The notes below the pieces were generated by a model. The model did not search any database, was not told where the DNA came from, and was given only the letters and a program-made list of their open reading frames with translations. From a bacterium (GTDB taxonomy: Bacteria > Sysuimicrobiota > Sysuimicrobiia > Sysuimicrobiales > Segetimicrobiaceae), in NCBI GenBank assembly GCA_035307765.1, contig DATGHU010000031.1, positions 1,345 through 65,344 of the forward strand: a stretch of DNA of 64,000 nt, in the 5' to 3' direction. A program made the position numbers and the translations under genes. Within the stretch, counting starts at the first letter, position 1, and each line of letters opens with the position of its first letter. This document shows, piece after piece, positions 8,833-18,583 of the stretch.

Positions 8833-9816
8833 GTGTCCGTGAAGGTTGGGTTGATCGGCGCCGGGGGAATGGGGCGCCGGCACCTTGAGGTGCTCTCGCG
8901 CGATCCGCGGGTGGAGATTGTCGCGATCGCAGATGAGGATGAGTCGGCCGCGCGCTCGGCGGCGCGGGCCTTCGGTGGCCAACCCTGCCGGACCGCGACC
9001 GATTTGGCCGAACTGGGGGCCGACGCCGCCTACGTGACCCTCCCGAACAAATATCATGGTGCGGTGGTTCTGGAAGCGATCGATAGGGGATTGCACGTGT
9101 TCTGTGAGAAACCGATGGCCACGACCCTGGGCGAGGCGCGGCAGATTGCGGCTCGGGTGCGCGGCTCCGGGCGCATTTACCAGATGGGGTTCAACCGCCG
9201 CTTCGCACCAGCCTACCGCTACCTCAAGGAGCAGATCGACTTTGGGTTCGTCCCGTTCTCGGCGAACGTGAAGATCACCGATGGGGACATGCTCACCCCG
9301 TCCTGGTACATTGACACAGCGCTCACCGGTGGATTTTTATTCGACTGCGCCGTGCACATGATCGATCTCGTCGGCTGGCTCATCGGCCCGGTGCGTTCGG
9401 TGGCCGCGCTCGGCCGGCAAAGTTGCTATCCCGACTACGACGACATCGCGATGCTGCTGCGTTGCGAGGGCGACCGGCCAGTCGCACTGACCACCTGCGG
9501 GCACGCGTCGTGGGCCAGGCCGACGGAACGCATCGAGCTCTACGGGGACCACGCGCTTCTCGAATCCGAGGACCGGGACCGGGCGCGGCACGCGACGCGC
9601 GAAGCCCCCGAGGCGGAGTGGCGCGTTTTTACGTCGCCGGACGAGGTGACGGCACTCGGGTACGTCTCCGAGGATCGGGCTTTCATCGACGCCTGCCTGG
9701 GCGAGGGACCGCCCCCGGTCACCGTTGACGACGCGCTTCATAGCATCGCCGTCGTCTCCGCCGCGTACACCAGTTTGGGTGCGGGCGGCCGGCCGGAGCC
9801 GATCGCGGACCAATGA
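8833..9816 (+). CDS. Gfo/Idh/MocA family NAD(P)-dependent oxidoreductase (inositol dehydrogenase-like)
   Basis: VKVGLIGAGGMGRRHLEVL... Rossmann N-terminus, EKP motif (FCEKPMATT), MocA-type C-terminal domain. GTG start with GGGGAG SD. Confidence 0.8.
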   Translation: MSVKVGLIGAGGMGRRHLEVLSRDPRVEIVAIADEDESAARSAARAFGGQPCRTATDLAELGADAAYVTLPNKYHGAVVLEAIDRGLHVFCEKPMATTLGEARQIAARVRGSGRIYQMGFNRRFAPAYRYLKEQIDFGFVPFSANVKITDGDMLTPSWYIDTALTGGFLFDCAVHMIDLVGWLIGPVRSVAALGRQSCYPDYDDIAMLLRCEGDRPVALTTCGHASWARPTERIELYGDHALLESEDRDRARHATREAPEAEWRVFTSPDEVTALGYVSEDRAFIDACLGEGPPPVTVDDALHSIAVVSAAYTSLGAGGRPEPIADQ

Positions 9817-9920
9817 GTTTACATGGTAGGTCGACCGGAAGCTCCGAAGCGGGGTGTGCCGGAACAGCAGTCCATTAGGAGAGAACGATCTAGGCGTGAG
9901 AGAGCAGAGGAGGGGGGACG

Positions 9921-11159
9921 ATGAGGAAATTGGTTGGGCTTGTAGCAGTGGTGGTGATTGGGCTTCTGGGTTCGGTGAACCCCTCAGCCTGGGCGGTCAA
10001 CCCCGTAGGGGGTGGAAACTTCAACGTGCAGAGTCACGTCGACCTACGGACGCTGACCCGCGCCAACTTCAATCAGGTCCTCGCGCCGGTTGCCAAGGGA
10101 CAGAGCGTCGTCTTCTATGACTTCGCCGACACGCTGTGCGAACTGCTGGCAAAAGAGGTGGGCGACTGGAGCCGCTCGAGCGGGGTCGGAGTCAAGCACG
10201 TCTGTGTGGACGGCGACGCGGCGACTCAGCAGTTGATCGCCGAACACCAGGCCGGCAAGCCACCTTCTGCCGATTTGTTCTTTTTGCCAAACAACAACGT
10301 CCGGCTTATGACCGGTGCTGGCCTGGTCGCCAACATCGCCCTCGTCGACCTGCTCCCAAATGCGCGCGACGTCGATTCGTCTGTCGCCCGCGAGTCGCGC
10401 GGCTACCTGCACGGCGGCACGGCGCTGCCCTTCCACCGGAATCAAACGGTCGTCGCCTACAACAGCCAGTTCGTATCCAAACCACCCGACACATTTGGCG
10501 CGCTGTACGATTTTGCCAAGAGCAACCCCGGGAAGGTTGCGATCACGACCCCCAATCGGGGTGGCAGCGGTTCGGGCTTCCTCGAATCCGCGCTGCTGGC
10601 GTTCGCGCCCCAGTGCAAGAAGGATCTATACTCCTACGACCTCAGCGACGCCCAGGCGCAGGCGATTGCCGTGAAGTGCATGGCGCCCGTCCTCGACTAC
10701 TTCAAGAAGCTCAAGCCTTACGTCACGTTTACCAACGGCAATGAGGCGTCCGTGCAGGCTCTCGCCAACAACAGCGCGTACATCGCGACCGTGTGGGAGG
10801 ACGATCTCTACACGCTAGCGTCGAAGGGGCTTGTTCCGCCATCCGTGCACCCGAATCTGCTCGCGAGCGGCGAGGTCGGTGACGGGGACGCGATGGTCGT
10901 CGTTGCGGGGACACAGAAGCTTGAGGCCGCGTTGCTGCTGGCCGATTTCCTAATGAGCGACAAGGTCCAGATCGACAAGCTCGAGCAGACTGGCAGCCGG
11001 ACGGCGCGCGTTGCCCTCAAGACGCGCGGACAGATCCCGGCCAATATGGCGTCATTTCTCCTCCCGGACACGATGTACCACGAGCGGACGCGGACGAGGA
11101 TTAACGGTGTCGTCTCCGACGCTGCCGTGAAGATCTTCATCCAACAGATCCTCCAGTAA
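9921..11159 (+). CDS. ABC transporter periplasmic/extracellular solute-binding protein (PotD/Fbp-like family)
   Basis: Signal peptide MRKLVGLVAVVVIGLLGSVNPSAWA. About 410 aa SBP fold. GGAGGGG SD. First gene of importer block. Confidence 0.8.
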   Translation: MRKLVGLVAVVVIGLLGSVNPSAWAVNPVGGGNFNVQSHVDLRTLTRANFNQVLAPVAKGQSVVFYDFADTLCELLAKEVGDWSRSSGVGVKHVCVDGDAATQQLIAEHQAGKPPSADLFFLPNNNVRLMTGAGLVANIALVDLLPNARDVDSSVARESRGYLHGGTALPFHRNQTVVAYNSQFVSKPPDTFGALYDFAKSNPGKVAITTPNRGGSGSGFLESALLAFAPQCKKDLYSYDLSDAQAQAIAVKCMAPVLDYFKKLKPYVTFTNGNEASVQALANNSAYIATVWEDDLYTLASKGLVPPSVHPNLLASGEVGDGDAMVVVAGTQKLEAALLLADFLMSDKVQIDKLEQTGSRTARVALKTRGQIPANMASFLLPDTMYHERTRTRINGVVSDAAVKIFIQQILQ

Positions 11160-11160
11160 G

Positions 11161-12210
11161 ATGGCCCAGGTGGAGCTGCGCGGCGTGACCAAGGCCTATG
11201 GGGCCGCGGCCGCCGTGCAGGACGTGCACCTTGAGGCCCAGGATGGCGAGTTCCTGACGATCCTGGGGCCATCGGGGTGCGGCAAGACGACGACGCTCCG
11301 CATCATCGCTGGGCTGCTGGATCCCGACGCCGGGGAGGTGCTGATCGATGGCCGGCCGGTTCACCACCTCCCCGCGCACCGCCGGGAGACCGCGATGGTG
11401 TTTCAGTCCTACGCGCTGTTCCCGCACATGACTGTTGCCGAGAACGTCGCCTTCGGCCTCCGGATGCGGCGGGTGCCGGCAGAGGAGCAACGGCTGCGGG
11501 TCGACGAAGCGCTTCGGATGGTCGAGCTGAGCGGCCTTGGGGACCGGTATCCACGAGCTTTGTCGGGGGGGCAGCAGCAGCGCGTTGCCGTCGCGCGGGC
11601 GGTCGTGACGCGCCCCAAGGTGCTGTTGTTTGACGAGCCGCTCAGCAATCTGGACGCGAAACTGCGGGAACGCCTCCGCTTGGAACTTCGGACGCTTCAG
11701 CAGCGGCTCCGGGTAACAACGATCTATGTGACCCACGACCAAGCAGAGGCCCTCGTGCTTTCCGACCGAATCGTTGTGATGAACCGCGGACGGGTGGTCG
11801 AAGTGGGGGCGCCGCAGGAGGTCTACCGGCGGCCGCGGGCACGGATCACCGCGGAGTTCCTCGGTGTCGCCAACTTAATCGAGGCGACCGTGGCCGGAAC
11901 CGAAGGCAACCGGTATATTGCCCAGACGGCGGTGGGTCGGTTGGAGGTGGTATGTACGGACCGGCTAGCGCGCGGCGATGCAGTCACGCTGTCGTTCCGG
12001 CCCGAGGACATCCGCGTCGGCCCGGGCCAGGTCAACTGCCTCTCCGGTGCGGTTCAGCAGGCCGCTTACCTCGGCTCGATCACCGACTATGTCATTCGCG
12101 TAAGTGACGTCCTGCTCCGCGTGCAAGAGCCAGGCGCGCCGGCCCATCGGGTCGGTGAGACCGTGAGCCTCGTGCTCCCGGAGGGCCCCGCGGTCATCCG
12201 GGAGCGGTAG
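11161..12210 (+). CDS. ABC transporter ATP-binding protein with C-terminal TOBE domain (PotA/FbpC-like)
   Basis: Walker A GPSGCGKTT, signature LSGGQQQRVAVARA, Walker B LLFDEPLS, H-loop TIYVTHD. C-terminal TOBE-like region. Confidence 0.85.
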   Translation: MAQVELRGVTKAYGAAAAVQDVHLEAQDGEFLTILGPSGCGKTTTLRIIAGLLDPDAGEVLIDGRPVHHLPAHRRETAMVFQSYALFPHMTVAENVAFGLRMRRVPAEEQRLRVDEALRMVELSGLGDRYPRALSGGQQQRVAVARAVVTRPKVLLFDEPLSNLDAKLRERLRLELRTLQQRLRVTTIYVTHDQAEALVLSDRIVVMNRGRVVEVGAPQEVYRRPRARITAEFLGVANLIEATVAGTEGNRYIAQTAVGRLEVVCTDRLARGDAVTLSFRPEDIRVGPGQVNCLSGAVQQAAYLGSITDYVIRVSDVLLRVQEPGAPAHRVGETVSLVLPEGPAVIRER

Positions 12211-12212
12211 AC

Positions 12213-13118
12213 GTGATCCAGGCGCCCTCCGCAGTGCTCTCCCCCCTCGATCGGTCGCGCCGGGCGGCGCGGCGCCGGCGGGAGCAGTGGGTCAACCTGC
12301 TCCTGCTCCTTCCCGGCGTGGGATTTCTGGCGCTCTTTCTCGTGGTGCCGCTTGCCCAGGTTTTCCTGCGGAGCGTTGGCCTAGCGGCCGTCGGCCAGGC
12401 CGCCCGCTTCACCTGGGACTATTACCGCCAGTTCTGGACCGAGGCCCAGTACCGCGACGGCTTTTTCTTCAGCCTCTGGCTCGGCGTGGCATCGACCGTG
12501 ATCAGCCTCGCAGCGGCGCTCGTGTTCAGCGCGCTGATGCAGGTGCGGTTCCCCGGGCGGCTCCTCGTGAGCGTGCTGTACAAGGTCCCACTTGTCGTTC
12601 CGAGCTTGGTCGCGGCGTTCCTGATCCTGAGCCTGATCGCCCCTGGCGGCATCCTCGCCCGCCTCGTCTTCCACTGGGGGTGGAACTGGCCGAAGTTCGT
12701 CTACGACCGGTGGGGTTGGGGGGTGATCCTCGTTCTCGTGTGGCACAATGTGCCATTCATGATGGTCATCATCTCGGCCGTCATGGCCGGGATCCCGCGG
12801 GACATCCTGGACGCCGCCAGCAACCTGGGCGCGTCGCCTTGGGCGGTGTTCCGTCACGTCACCGTTCCCCTGTCGCTGTCGGGGATCTCGGCCGCCGCGC
12901 TCCTGGTGTTCATCCAGGTATTCGGGGCGTTCGCGGTGCCGTCGCTCCTGGAGTCGGCGTACCCGCTCGCGCTACCGGTGATCATGCAGACAGAGATGAT
13001 GGACCGCGCCAACTGGGCGCTCGCCTCCGCGCTCGGCTCGGTGCTCACGCTTGCCTCCGCGGTCATTTTGTTCCTGTATTATCGGCTGGTGCAGGGTCGC
13101 GGTGGGATCGTCCGATGA
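12213..13118 (+). CDS. ABC transporter permease (PotB-like)
   Basis: GTG start 3 nt after ATPase stop. Six TM segments with EAA-like loop. Confidence 0.8.
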   Translation: MIQAPSAVLSPLDRSRRAARRRREQWVNLLLLLPGVGFLALFLVVPLAQVFLRSVGLAAVGQAARFTWDYYRQFWTEAQYRDGFFFSLWLGVASTVISLAAALVFSALMQVRFPGRLLVSVLYKVPLVVPSLVAAFLILSLIAPGGILARLVFHWGWNWPKFVYDRWGWGVILVLVWHNVPFMMVIISAVMAGIPRDILDAASNLGASPWAVFRHVTVPLSLSGISAAALLVFIQVFGAFAVPSLLESAYPLALPVIMQTEMMDRANWALASALGSVLTLASAVILFLYYRLVQGRGGIVR

Positions 13119-13960
13119 CCCGGACGAGGGCTTTTCCCTCTCGGGCCTTCCCGTGGTTGTTGACCGGGCTGTTCTTCGGCTTGGCGCTGATCGGCCTGAT
13201 CGTCCCGCTGATCGTCGGGGCCCTCTGGTCGCTCGTGAACCCACGCGCGGGATGGTTCCCGCCGAACCTGGTGCCACCCAGCCTCTCGCTCGCGAACTGG
13301 CGGGCGATGTTCTCCGTGCCGGAGATCGGGGACGCCGCCGTCGCGAGCTTCACGATCGCCCCGATCGTCACCGTTCTCTGTGCGGTGCTGGCCCTGCCGA
13401 CCGGCTATGCGCTCGGCCGCCGGCCGGTTCCGTTCCGGCGGGCGATCGAGTTCCTGGTCCTCGCCCCGATTATCATGCCGGGGATCGTCATCGCGACCGG
13501 CTTGGGCTCGATGTTTATCCGTGTCGGCCTGGAGCACACCATGCTGGGGGTGATTCTGGTCCAGACCGTTGTCGTGCTGCCGTTCATGATCCGGATCGTG
13601 ACGGCGACGTTCGAGGCCGTGCCTCAGGACCTGATCGATGCGGCGACGAACTTGGGCGCCGGGTCGTTCAGCGTAGCGTGGCGCGTGTTGATCCCCCTCG
13701 TGGTGCCCGGCCTCTTTGCCGGCGGCGTGTTCACGTTCATTGGGAGCATGGAGGAGTTCGTCCTGACCTTCATCGTCGGGAGCCCCTACATCCGCACACT
13801 TCCGGTGCTGCTGTTCGCTTACCTGGGCGGTCGGTCACAAATCTTCACCTATGCCGCGGTCGTCACGTTTGTGCTCCTCATTCCCACAATCCTCCTTTTG
13901 TTTCTCGCCGAGCGGGCGCTGAAGCAGGAATATCTGGCCGCCGGACTCGGAAAAATGTGA
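13115..13960 (+). CDS. ABC transporter permease (PotC-like)
   Basis: ATG 13115 overlaps upstream stop (ATGA). MTRTRAFPSRAFPWLLTGLFFGLALIGL... The track ORF 12287..13960 is a frame-fusion artefact upstream of this start. Confidence 0.8.
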   Translation: MTRTRAFPSRAFPWLLTGLFFGLALIGLIVPLIVGALWSLVNPRAGWFPPNLVPPSLSLANWRAMFSVPEIGDAAVASFTIAPIVTVLCAVLALPTGYALGRRPVPFRRAIEFLVLAPIIMPGIVIATGLGSMFIRVGLEHTMLGVILVQTVVVLPFMIRIVTATFEAVPQDLIDAATNLGAGSFSVAWRVLIPLVVPGLFAGGVFTFIGSMEEFVLTFIVGSPYIRTLPVLLFAYLGGRSQIFTYAAVVTFVLLIPTILLLFLAERALKQEYLAAGLGKM

Positions 13961-13968
13961 GGTGAGTG

Positions 13969-14733
13969 ATGCCGCTTGAGCTCCTGCGCAGCGCCCGGGG
14001 TTCGCCGCACGTGTCGGGTCACCGCGGCGCCTCCGCCAAGGCTCCCGAGAACACCCTGGCCGCACTCGACGCTGCGTGGCGCGCGGGGGCGACCCTCGCG
14101 GAAATTGACGTTCAGTTGACCCGGGACGGCCATGTCGTGCTCTTGCACGACCGTACCGTGAACCGGACGACGACGGGTCACGGCTACGTGAAGGACCTAG
14201 CCCTGCGGGAACTTCAGGCCCTCGACGCCGGGAGTTGGTTCGGGCCGGAGTTCCGCGGCGAGCGCGTCCCGACGTTGCGCGAGACCCTCGAATGGACGAG
14301 GGGAAAGCTTGCACTGCTCGTGGAGCTCAAGAACTTCCCGTTCCGGGAATTGCCGCTTGTCGAGCGGACGATCGACCTCATCGATGAGCTGCAGGCGGCA
14401 GAGGACGTCGTCCTCGGTGGGTTCGATCACCCGGTGCTCCGCGACATCAATCAGCGGCGCTCGAAGTGGCCGCTTGAGATGATGTACAACGGCCGTTTGG
14501 CGGATCCGGTGGCGGCGGCCCACGCGGCGGGGGCATCGCTCGTGTCGCTCGAGCCCGAATTCGTACTGCCCGAGGATATACGTCTGCTGCACGAGGGGGG
14601 AGTCGCGGTCCTGACCACGCTCGAGCGTCCCGGGGATGCCTCGATGCTCCTGTCGTGGGGGATCGATGCCCTCGAGTCCGCGGACCCTGCCATGGTGGTC
14701 GCGGCGATCCGCCAATCGGGGGTGACCTCCTGA
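13969..14733 (+). CDS. glycerophosphodiester phosphodiesterase (GDPD family)
   Basis: HRGASAKAPENTLAALDAAWRAGATLAEIDVQLTRDGHVVLLHD has the catalytic HR(G) and E/D residues of the GDPD TIM barrel. Confidence 0.8.
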   Translation: MPLELLRSARGSPHVSGHRGASAKAPENTLAALDAAWRAGATLAEIDVQLTRDGHVVLLHDRTVNRTTTGHGYVKDLALRELQALDAGSWFGPEFRGERVPTLRETLEWTRGKLALLVELKNFPFRELPLVERTIDLIDELQAAEDVVLGGFDHPVLRDINQRRSKWPLEMMYNGRLADPVAAAHAAGASLVSLEPEFVLPEDIRLLHEGGVAVLTTLERPGDASMLLSWGIDALESADPAMVVAAIRQSGVTS

Positions 14734-15548
14734 CGCCGGGTCGGCGGGCGCGCCCGAACCACTTCCTCGACGTGGCGATCGCGGCCGCTCGGGCAGGAGG
14801 CGTGACTCTCCGCGAACGCTACGGCCGTCCGGGCCGCATCACGATGAAACCGGGAGGGATGGGCCCGGTCTCCGAAGCCGACCTGGCGAGCGAGGCGGCA
14901 ATTCTGGCCCTTCTTCGAGAGACCGGGGTGCCCGTTCTGTCCGAAGAAGCCGGGGGCCCCGAGACGGGGCGACGATGGATTGTGGATCCGCTCGACGGCA
15001 CGAGCAACTTCATCCGCCACCTGCCGTGGTTCGGCGTGGGCGTGGCGCTGGCAACGGACGATACCGTGGAGCTGGGTGTCGTGTTCGTGCCGATCACGGG
15101 CGAACTGTTCTCGGCAGCGCGCGGGGGCGGGGCGACGCTCAACGGGGAGCCGGTTCGGGTCTCCGAGACGGCGTCGCTGGCGGCAACTTGCATCGTGACC
15201 TCAATCGATCACGGCGTGTGTGCCGTGCCAACCCGCATCCGGCGTTTCGCTAGGGTCGCCGCCCAGGTCGCCGAAATGCGGAGCCCGAATGCGGCGCTGT
15301 TGGATCTTGCCTACGTCGCCGCCGGCCGGACGGACGGATTTTGGGAGGACGGTCTCAGTCCCTGGGATTTCGCGGCCGGCAGCCTCCTCGTGCAGGAAGC
15401 CGGCGGTGCGGTCTCCGGTTTGGACGGCGCACCGCTCAGGTTGGACCCCCAGGGGGTCGTGGCCACGAACGGCCGATTCCACGACGTGCTGGTCGCGGCG
15501 CTCAAGGGGGGACACGCCGGCACCGAGGGCGGGCCCGATGGCACTTGA
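14730..15548 (+). CDS. inositol monophosphatase family protein (IMPase/SuhB-like)
   Basis: Motifs EEAGG, WIVDPLDGTSNF and WDFAAG. Start uncertain (CTG 14730, GTG 14772 or upstream ATG 14655). Confidence 0.7.
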   Translation: MTPGRRARPNHFLDVAIAAARAGGVTLRERYGRPGRITMKPGGMGPVSEADLASEAAILALLRETGVPVLSEEAGGPETGRRWIVDPLDGTSNFIRHLPWFGVGVALATDDTVELGVVFVPITGELFSAARGGGATLNGEPVRVSETASLAATCIVTSIDHGVCAVPTRIRRFARVAAQVAEMRSPNAALLDLAYVAAGRTDGFWEDGLSPWDFAAGSLLVQEAGGAVSGLDGAPLRLDPQGVVATNGRFHDVLVAALKGGHAGTEGGPDGT

Positions 15549-16236
15549 ATTCCCCTCTCGGTCCGTCTTTGAGCCGCCCAGTTACCCCAACGTGTGGTTC
15601 TACATGCATGAGGCGCTTGCCCCCTCGCAGGCGGGCGCTGTGTCGTTCGTGACCGGCTGGCTACACGAGCAGTGCGGCATTACAAACGACTTCGGCCACT
15701 ACAAACCTCCTGAAGCATCGGATTCCCAAGCCCGTCTCCACAGCGTTCAGCCTTGGCGGGACGCGGCGGACCCGGCGCACAATCACGCGCACGACCTGCA
15801 CATCCGCTACTATTACATCGCGCTCCGACAGACTGGCCAGGAGCGTGCGAGGTTTCCGGGTCGCCCAGACGGCGGGCGTCAGTACTTCCGGTTTGCCGGC
15901 AGTGTCCACTATGAAGTAGAAGACGAGCACCCGCTCCACCCTGACATGGATGAGTGTCCGTACTGCGGTCGGACGGGGATGTACGCGGATGCGGCCGACC
16001 TGTTTGCCGGGGTGCACGAGCCGCTGGGGTTGGAGTTGCTGCTGTACGGCACGATCCGGGGGGAGCGGATCGTGCGGGCCGACGGTCGCCCCGCGGTCGG
16101 CCTGGCCGCGCTTGATGAAAGTCACTCGGTCGAAATACATCGCCTGCGCCCGGTCCGGCCCGATATGAACATCGTCGACCTGGGAGTGGTGGTAATCGAC
16201 CCGAAGCCGGTCACCCCGCAAGCATACCACGCATGA
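15538..16236 (+). CDS. hypothetical protein, conserved operon member of unknown function (His-rich HNHAHDLH and CPYCG motifs)
   Basis: ATG 15538 overlaps IMPase stop and its stop overlaps the next gene's ATG (16233). 232 aa. High-GC3 codon usage consistent with neighbours. Confidence 0.55.
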   Translation: MALEFPSRSVFEPPSYPNVWFYMHEALAPSQAGAVSFVTGWLHEQCGITNDFGHYKPPEASDSQARLHSVQPWRDAADPAHNHAHDLHIRYYYIALRQTGQERARFPGRPDGGRQYFRFAGSVHYEVEDEHPLHPDMDECPYCGRTGMYADAADLFAGVHEPLGLELLLYGTIRGERIVRADGRPAVGLAALDESHSVEIHRLRPVRPDMNIVDLGVVVIDPKPVTPQAYHA

Positions 16237-17102
16237 TCCTTGGGGCCTGCGTGTGGGTCTACGGGGATGTCCCGCTCGCGGACGCATTGGCGCGGATCGC
16301 CGACGCCGGCTGCGACGGCGTCGAACTCCCCGGCGAGCCGGACCGGATGCGAGCATCAGAGGTACGACGCCTTCTGGCACGCCACCGTCTCACACCGGTG
16401 GCCTTGACGGCTTCGTGCAAAGTCCCCGAAACGCGCCGCGACCTAGGACATCCCGACCCCGCCGTGCGGTCGGCGGCGGTCGCCTACGTGGTGGAGTGTC
16501 TGCGGTTCGCCGCCGACGCCGGTGTCCCCCTGGTGCAAATGCTGCCGTCCGGAGAATCCCGCCTTGCGCCGATAGCGGACCGCGCGGACGAGTGGCGGTG
16601 GTCGGTGGAGGCCATGCGGCTGGCGGCCCGAGAAGCGGAGCGTCTGGGCGTGCGCGTCGCTGTGGAGCCGCTCAACCGGTACGAGGCGTACCTCGTGACG
16701 ACGGTAGACGAGGGCCTAGCTTACCTCGACGCCGTTGCCTCTCCGTGGGTTGGCCTGACGCTCGATCTGTTCCACGCCAACATCGAGGAGCGCACGATCC
16801 CCGGCGCTATCGGGACCGCCGGGGCCCGACTCTTCCACGTGCACGTTGCCGATACGACGCGGGAGGGGTTGGGCCGCGGGCACCTCGATCTTGAGACGTG
16901 CATCGCTGGGCTGCACACTATCGGGTACGAGGGAGCCCTGGTGCTGGAGGTCGTGCCGCGCGGGCTACCCTTCACACAATCATCCGAGGATCGTCGTGGA
17001 GCGGCAACCCTTGACCGGGACCTTCGCGACTCAGTGACGCGGTTGCGAACCGCCCTGTCCCAGAAGCCGAGGGACGACGGATGTGTCGGGCGGAGTGTCT
17101 GA
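16233..17102 (+). CDS. sugar phosphate isomerase/epimerase (xylose isomerase-like TIM barrel; IolE/IolI-like)
   Basis: AP-endonuclease-2/xylose-isomerase-like TIM barrel features (VELPGEP, VAVEPLNRYE, FHANIEE, HVHVAD). Confidence 0.75.
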   Translation: MILGACVWVYGDVPLADALARIADAGCDGVELPGEPDRMRASEVRRLLARHRLTPVALTASCKVPETRRDLGHPDPAVRSAAVAYVVECLRFAADAGVPLVQMLPSGESRLAPIADRADEWRWSVEAMRLAAREAERLGVRVAVEPLNRYEAYLVTTVDEGLAYLDAVASPWVGLTLDLFHANIEERTIPGAIGTAGARLFHVHVADTTREGLGRGHLDLETCIAGLHTIGYEGALVLEVVPRGLPFTQSSEDRRGAATLDRDLRDSVTRLRTALSQKPRDDGCVGRSV

Positions 17103-17224
17103 GAACGGGCCCCGCGAAGCGCAGGGCTGCCGTGGCGGAAGGGGGGTGGTCGAGATCCAACCGATCGTTCACCGCGGACATCGAGTGCGACGGTACAGGA
17201 GGCCGCGTCGAGCGGCCGACCCGC

Positions 17225-17626
17225 ATGCGGAGGTGGTACATCGTGGATGTTCGGTCTATTGAGGGGGTCCCGGCCTCGCCGGAACACCGGGGAACTGTTC
17301 CAGTGTGGTGGCTTTTCAAGCCGAGGGAGTTAAAGGCGGCGACCGCCGGGGGGTACCTGGAACTCGTCAGCGAGTTTGAGGTCAAAGGGGGAGGCTCAGT
17401 GCACCCCCACCACCATCGCACGCACGAATTCTACTACGTCGTGAGCGGACGTGGGCGAATGACCGTCGCGGGTGAAACGCGGGAGATCGTTCAGGGCGAT
17501 CTCGTGCACATTCCGCCCGACGTGGTCCACAGCCTAGCACCGATTAGCCCGCACGCGGCGATTAGATGTTTCTGCTTTGCCGTCGGCCTGCGCGATACCC
17601 CAGAGGTGAACTACTCGGCAGAGTAA
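17225..17626 (+). CDS. cupin domain protein
   Basis: Cupin motifs G(X)5HxH(X)3E (GGGSVHPHHHRTHEFYYVVSG) and GD..H..P (GDLVHIPPDVVH). Confidence 0.65.
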   Translation: MRRWYIVDVRSIEGVPASPEHRGTVPVWWLFKPRELKAATAGGYLELVSEFEVKGGGSVHPHHHRTHEFYYVVSGRGRMTVAGETREIVQGDLVHIPPDVVHSLAPISPHAAIRCFCFAVGLRDTPEVNYSAE

Positions 17627-17764
17627 GCCTCGAGGCTCGTGCGCGTACTGGCTCCGGCAGGTTGGGGATCTGCCACCTGCTATGATTGGACTGCCCATCG
17701 CCGGTAGCGGTGCAGAGATCGCGTCCCGGGGCACGCGACGGACCTGATTGACGGAGGGTGACGC

Positions 17765-18487
17765 ATGAAACGTCGAACCTACGACCTCAGCATGCCCTTT
17801 ACGCGGGATATGCCGACGTTCTTCTTTTGGAAGAACTGGCACCACCCACCACTCTTTGCGACCTTCTCGGACCTGGAGGAAACCAGTCTGGGCCCTGGGA
17901 CTGGAGAAGGCTTCGTCACGCTGGTTTCCTTTCTCACTCATACCGGCACCCACATGGACTCCCCCCGGCACTTTCGCAGGGATCGCTGGTACCTTCACGA
18001 GATTCCTGTGGATCGGTTTCTGGGAGAAGGGGAGGTCTTGAACATCCCGAAAGGCCCGAACGCGGACGTCACCGTGGACGACCTCGAGCACGCGGGGCGG
18101 GATATCCGTCCGGACGATATCGTTGCGATCGATACTGGGTGGCACCGGACGTATCGGACGCCCGGACAGGATCCGGAGGGAGCACGCTACTACTTTACGC
18201 AGCATCCCGGGTTGTGTGGGGAATCCGCAGAATGGTTGGTCAACCGAGGCGTGCTGACGGTGCTCATCGATACCCCGGCGATTGACTCCGCCCCACACAC
18301 CGTGTTCGGTGACAACACCTGGCAGACACACACCGTGTTGTTTGATCACAATATTCCGGTCGTCGAACACCTGGGAGGGGAAATCGACGAGGTCGCCGGC
18401 CGTCGCTGCCTGATTAGCTGCGCACCCGTCAAATATGTGAACGGTGACGCCTTTCCGCTCCGAGTCCTGGCGTCGCCGCTGGGGTAG
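17765..18487 (+). CDS. cyclase family protein (kynurenine formamidase-like)
   Basis: HTGTHMDSPRHF metal-binding motif characteristic of putative cyclase/arylformamidase family. GGAGGG SD. Confidence 0.75.
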   Translation: MKRRTYDLSMPFTRDMPTFFFWKNWHHPPLFATFSDLEETSLGPGTGEGFVTLVSFLTHTGTHMDSPRHFRRDRWYLHEIPVDRFLGEGEVLNIPKGPNADVTVDDLEHAGRDIRPDDIVAIDTGWHRTYRTPGQDPEGARYYFTQHPGLCGESAEWLVNRGVLTVLIDTPAIDSAPHTVFGDNTWQTHTVLFDHNIPVVEHLGGEIDEVAGRRCLISCAPVKYVNGDAFPLRVLASPLG

Positions 18488-18583
18488 CCTCCGCCTCGGC
18501 TTGGAGAGGTTTTTGCCAAAGGGCACACCCGGGCACAGTGTCGGGAGGCGTCGGTTCGAGGGAGGTCGTCCCGCCAGTAGAAT

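Noticed and set aside
12287-13960. 557-aa plus-strand ORF spanning two permease genes
   Set aside because: The upstream 276 codons are an out-of-frame read-through of the first permease. The real second permease starts at ATG 13115, which overlaps the first permease's stop.
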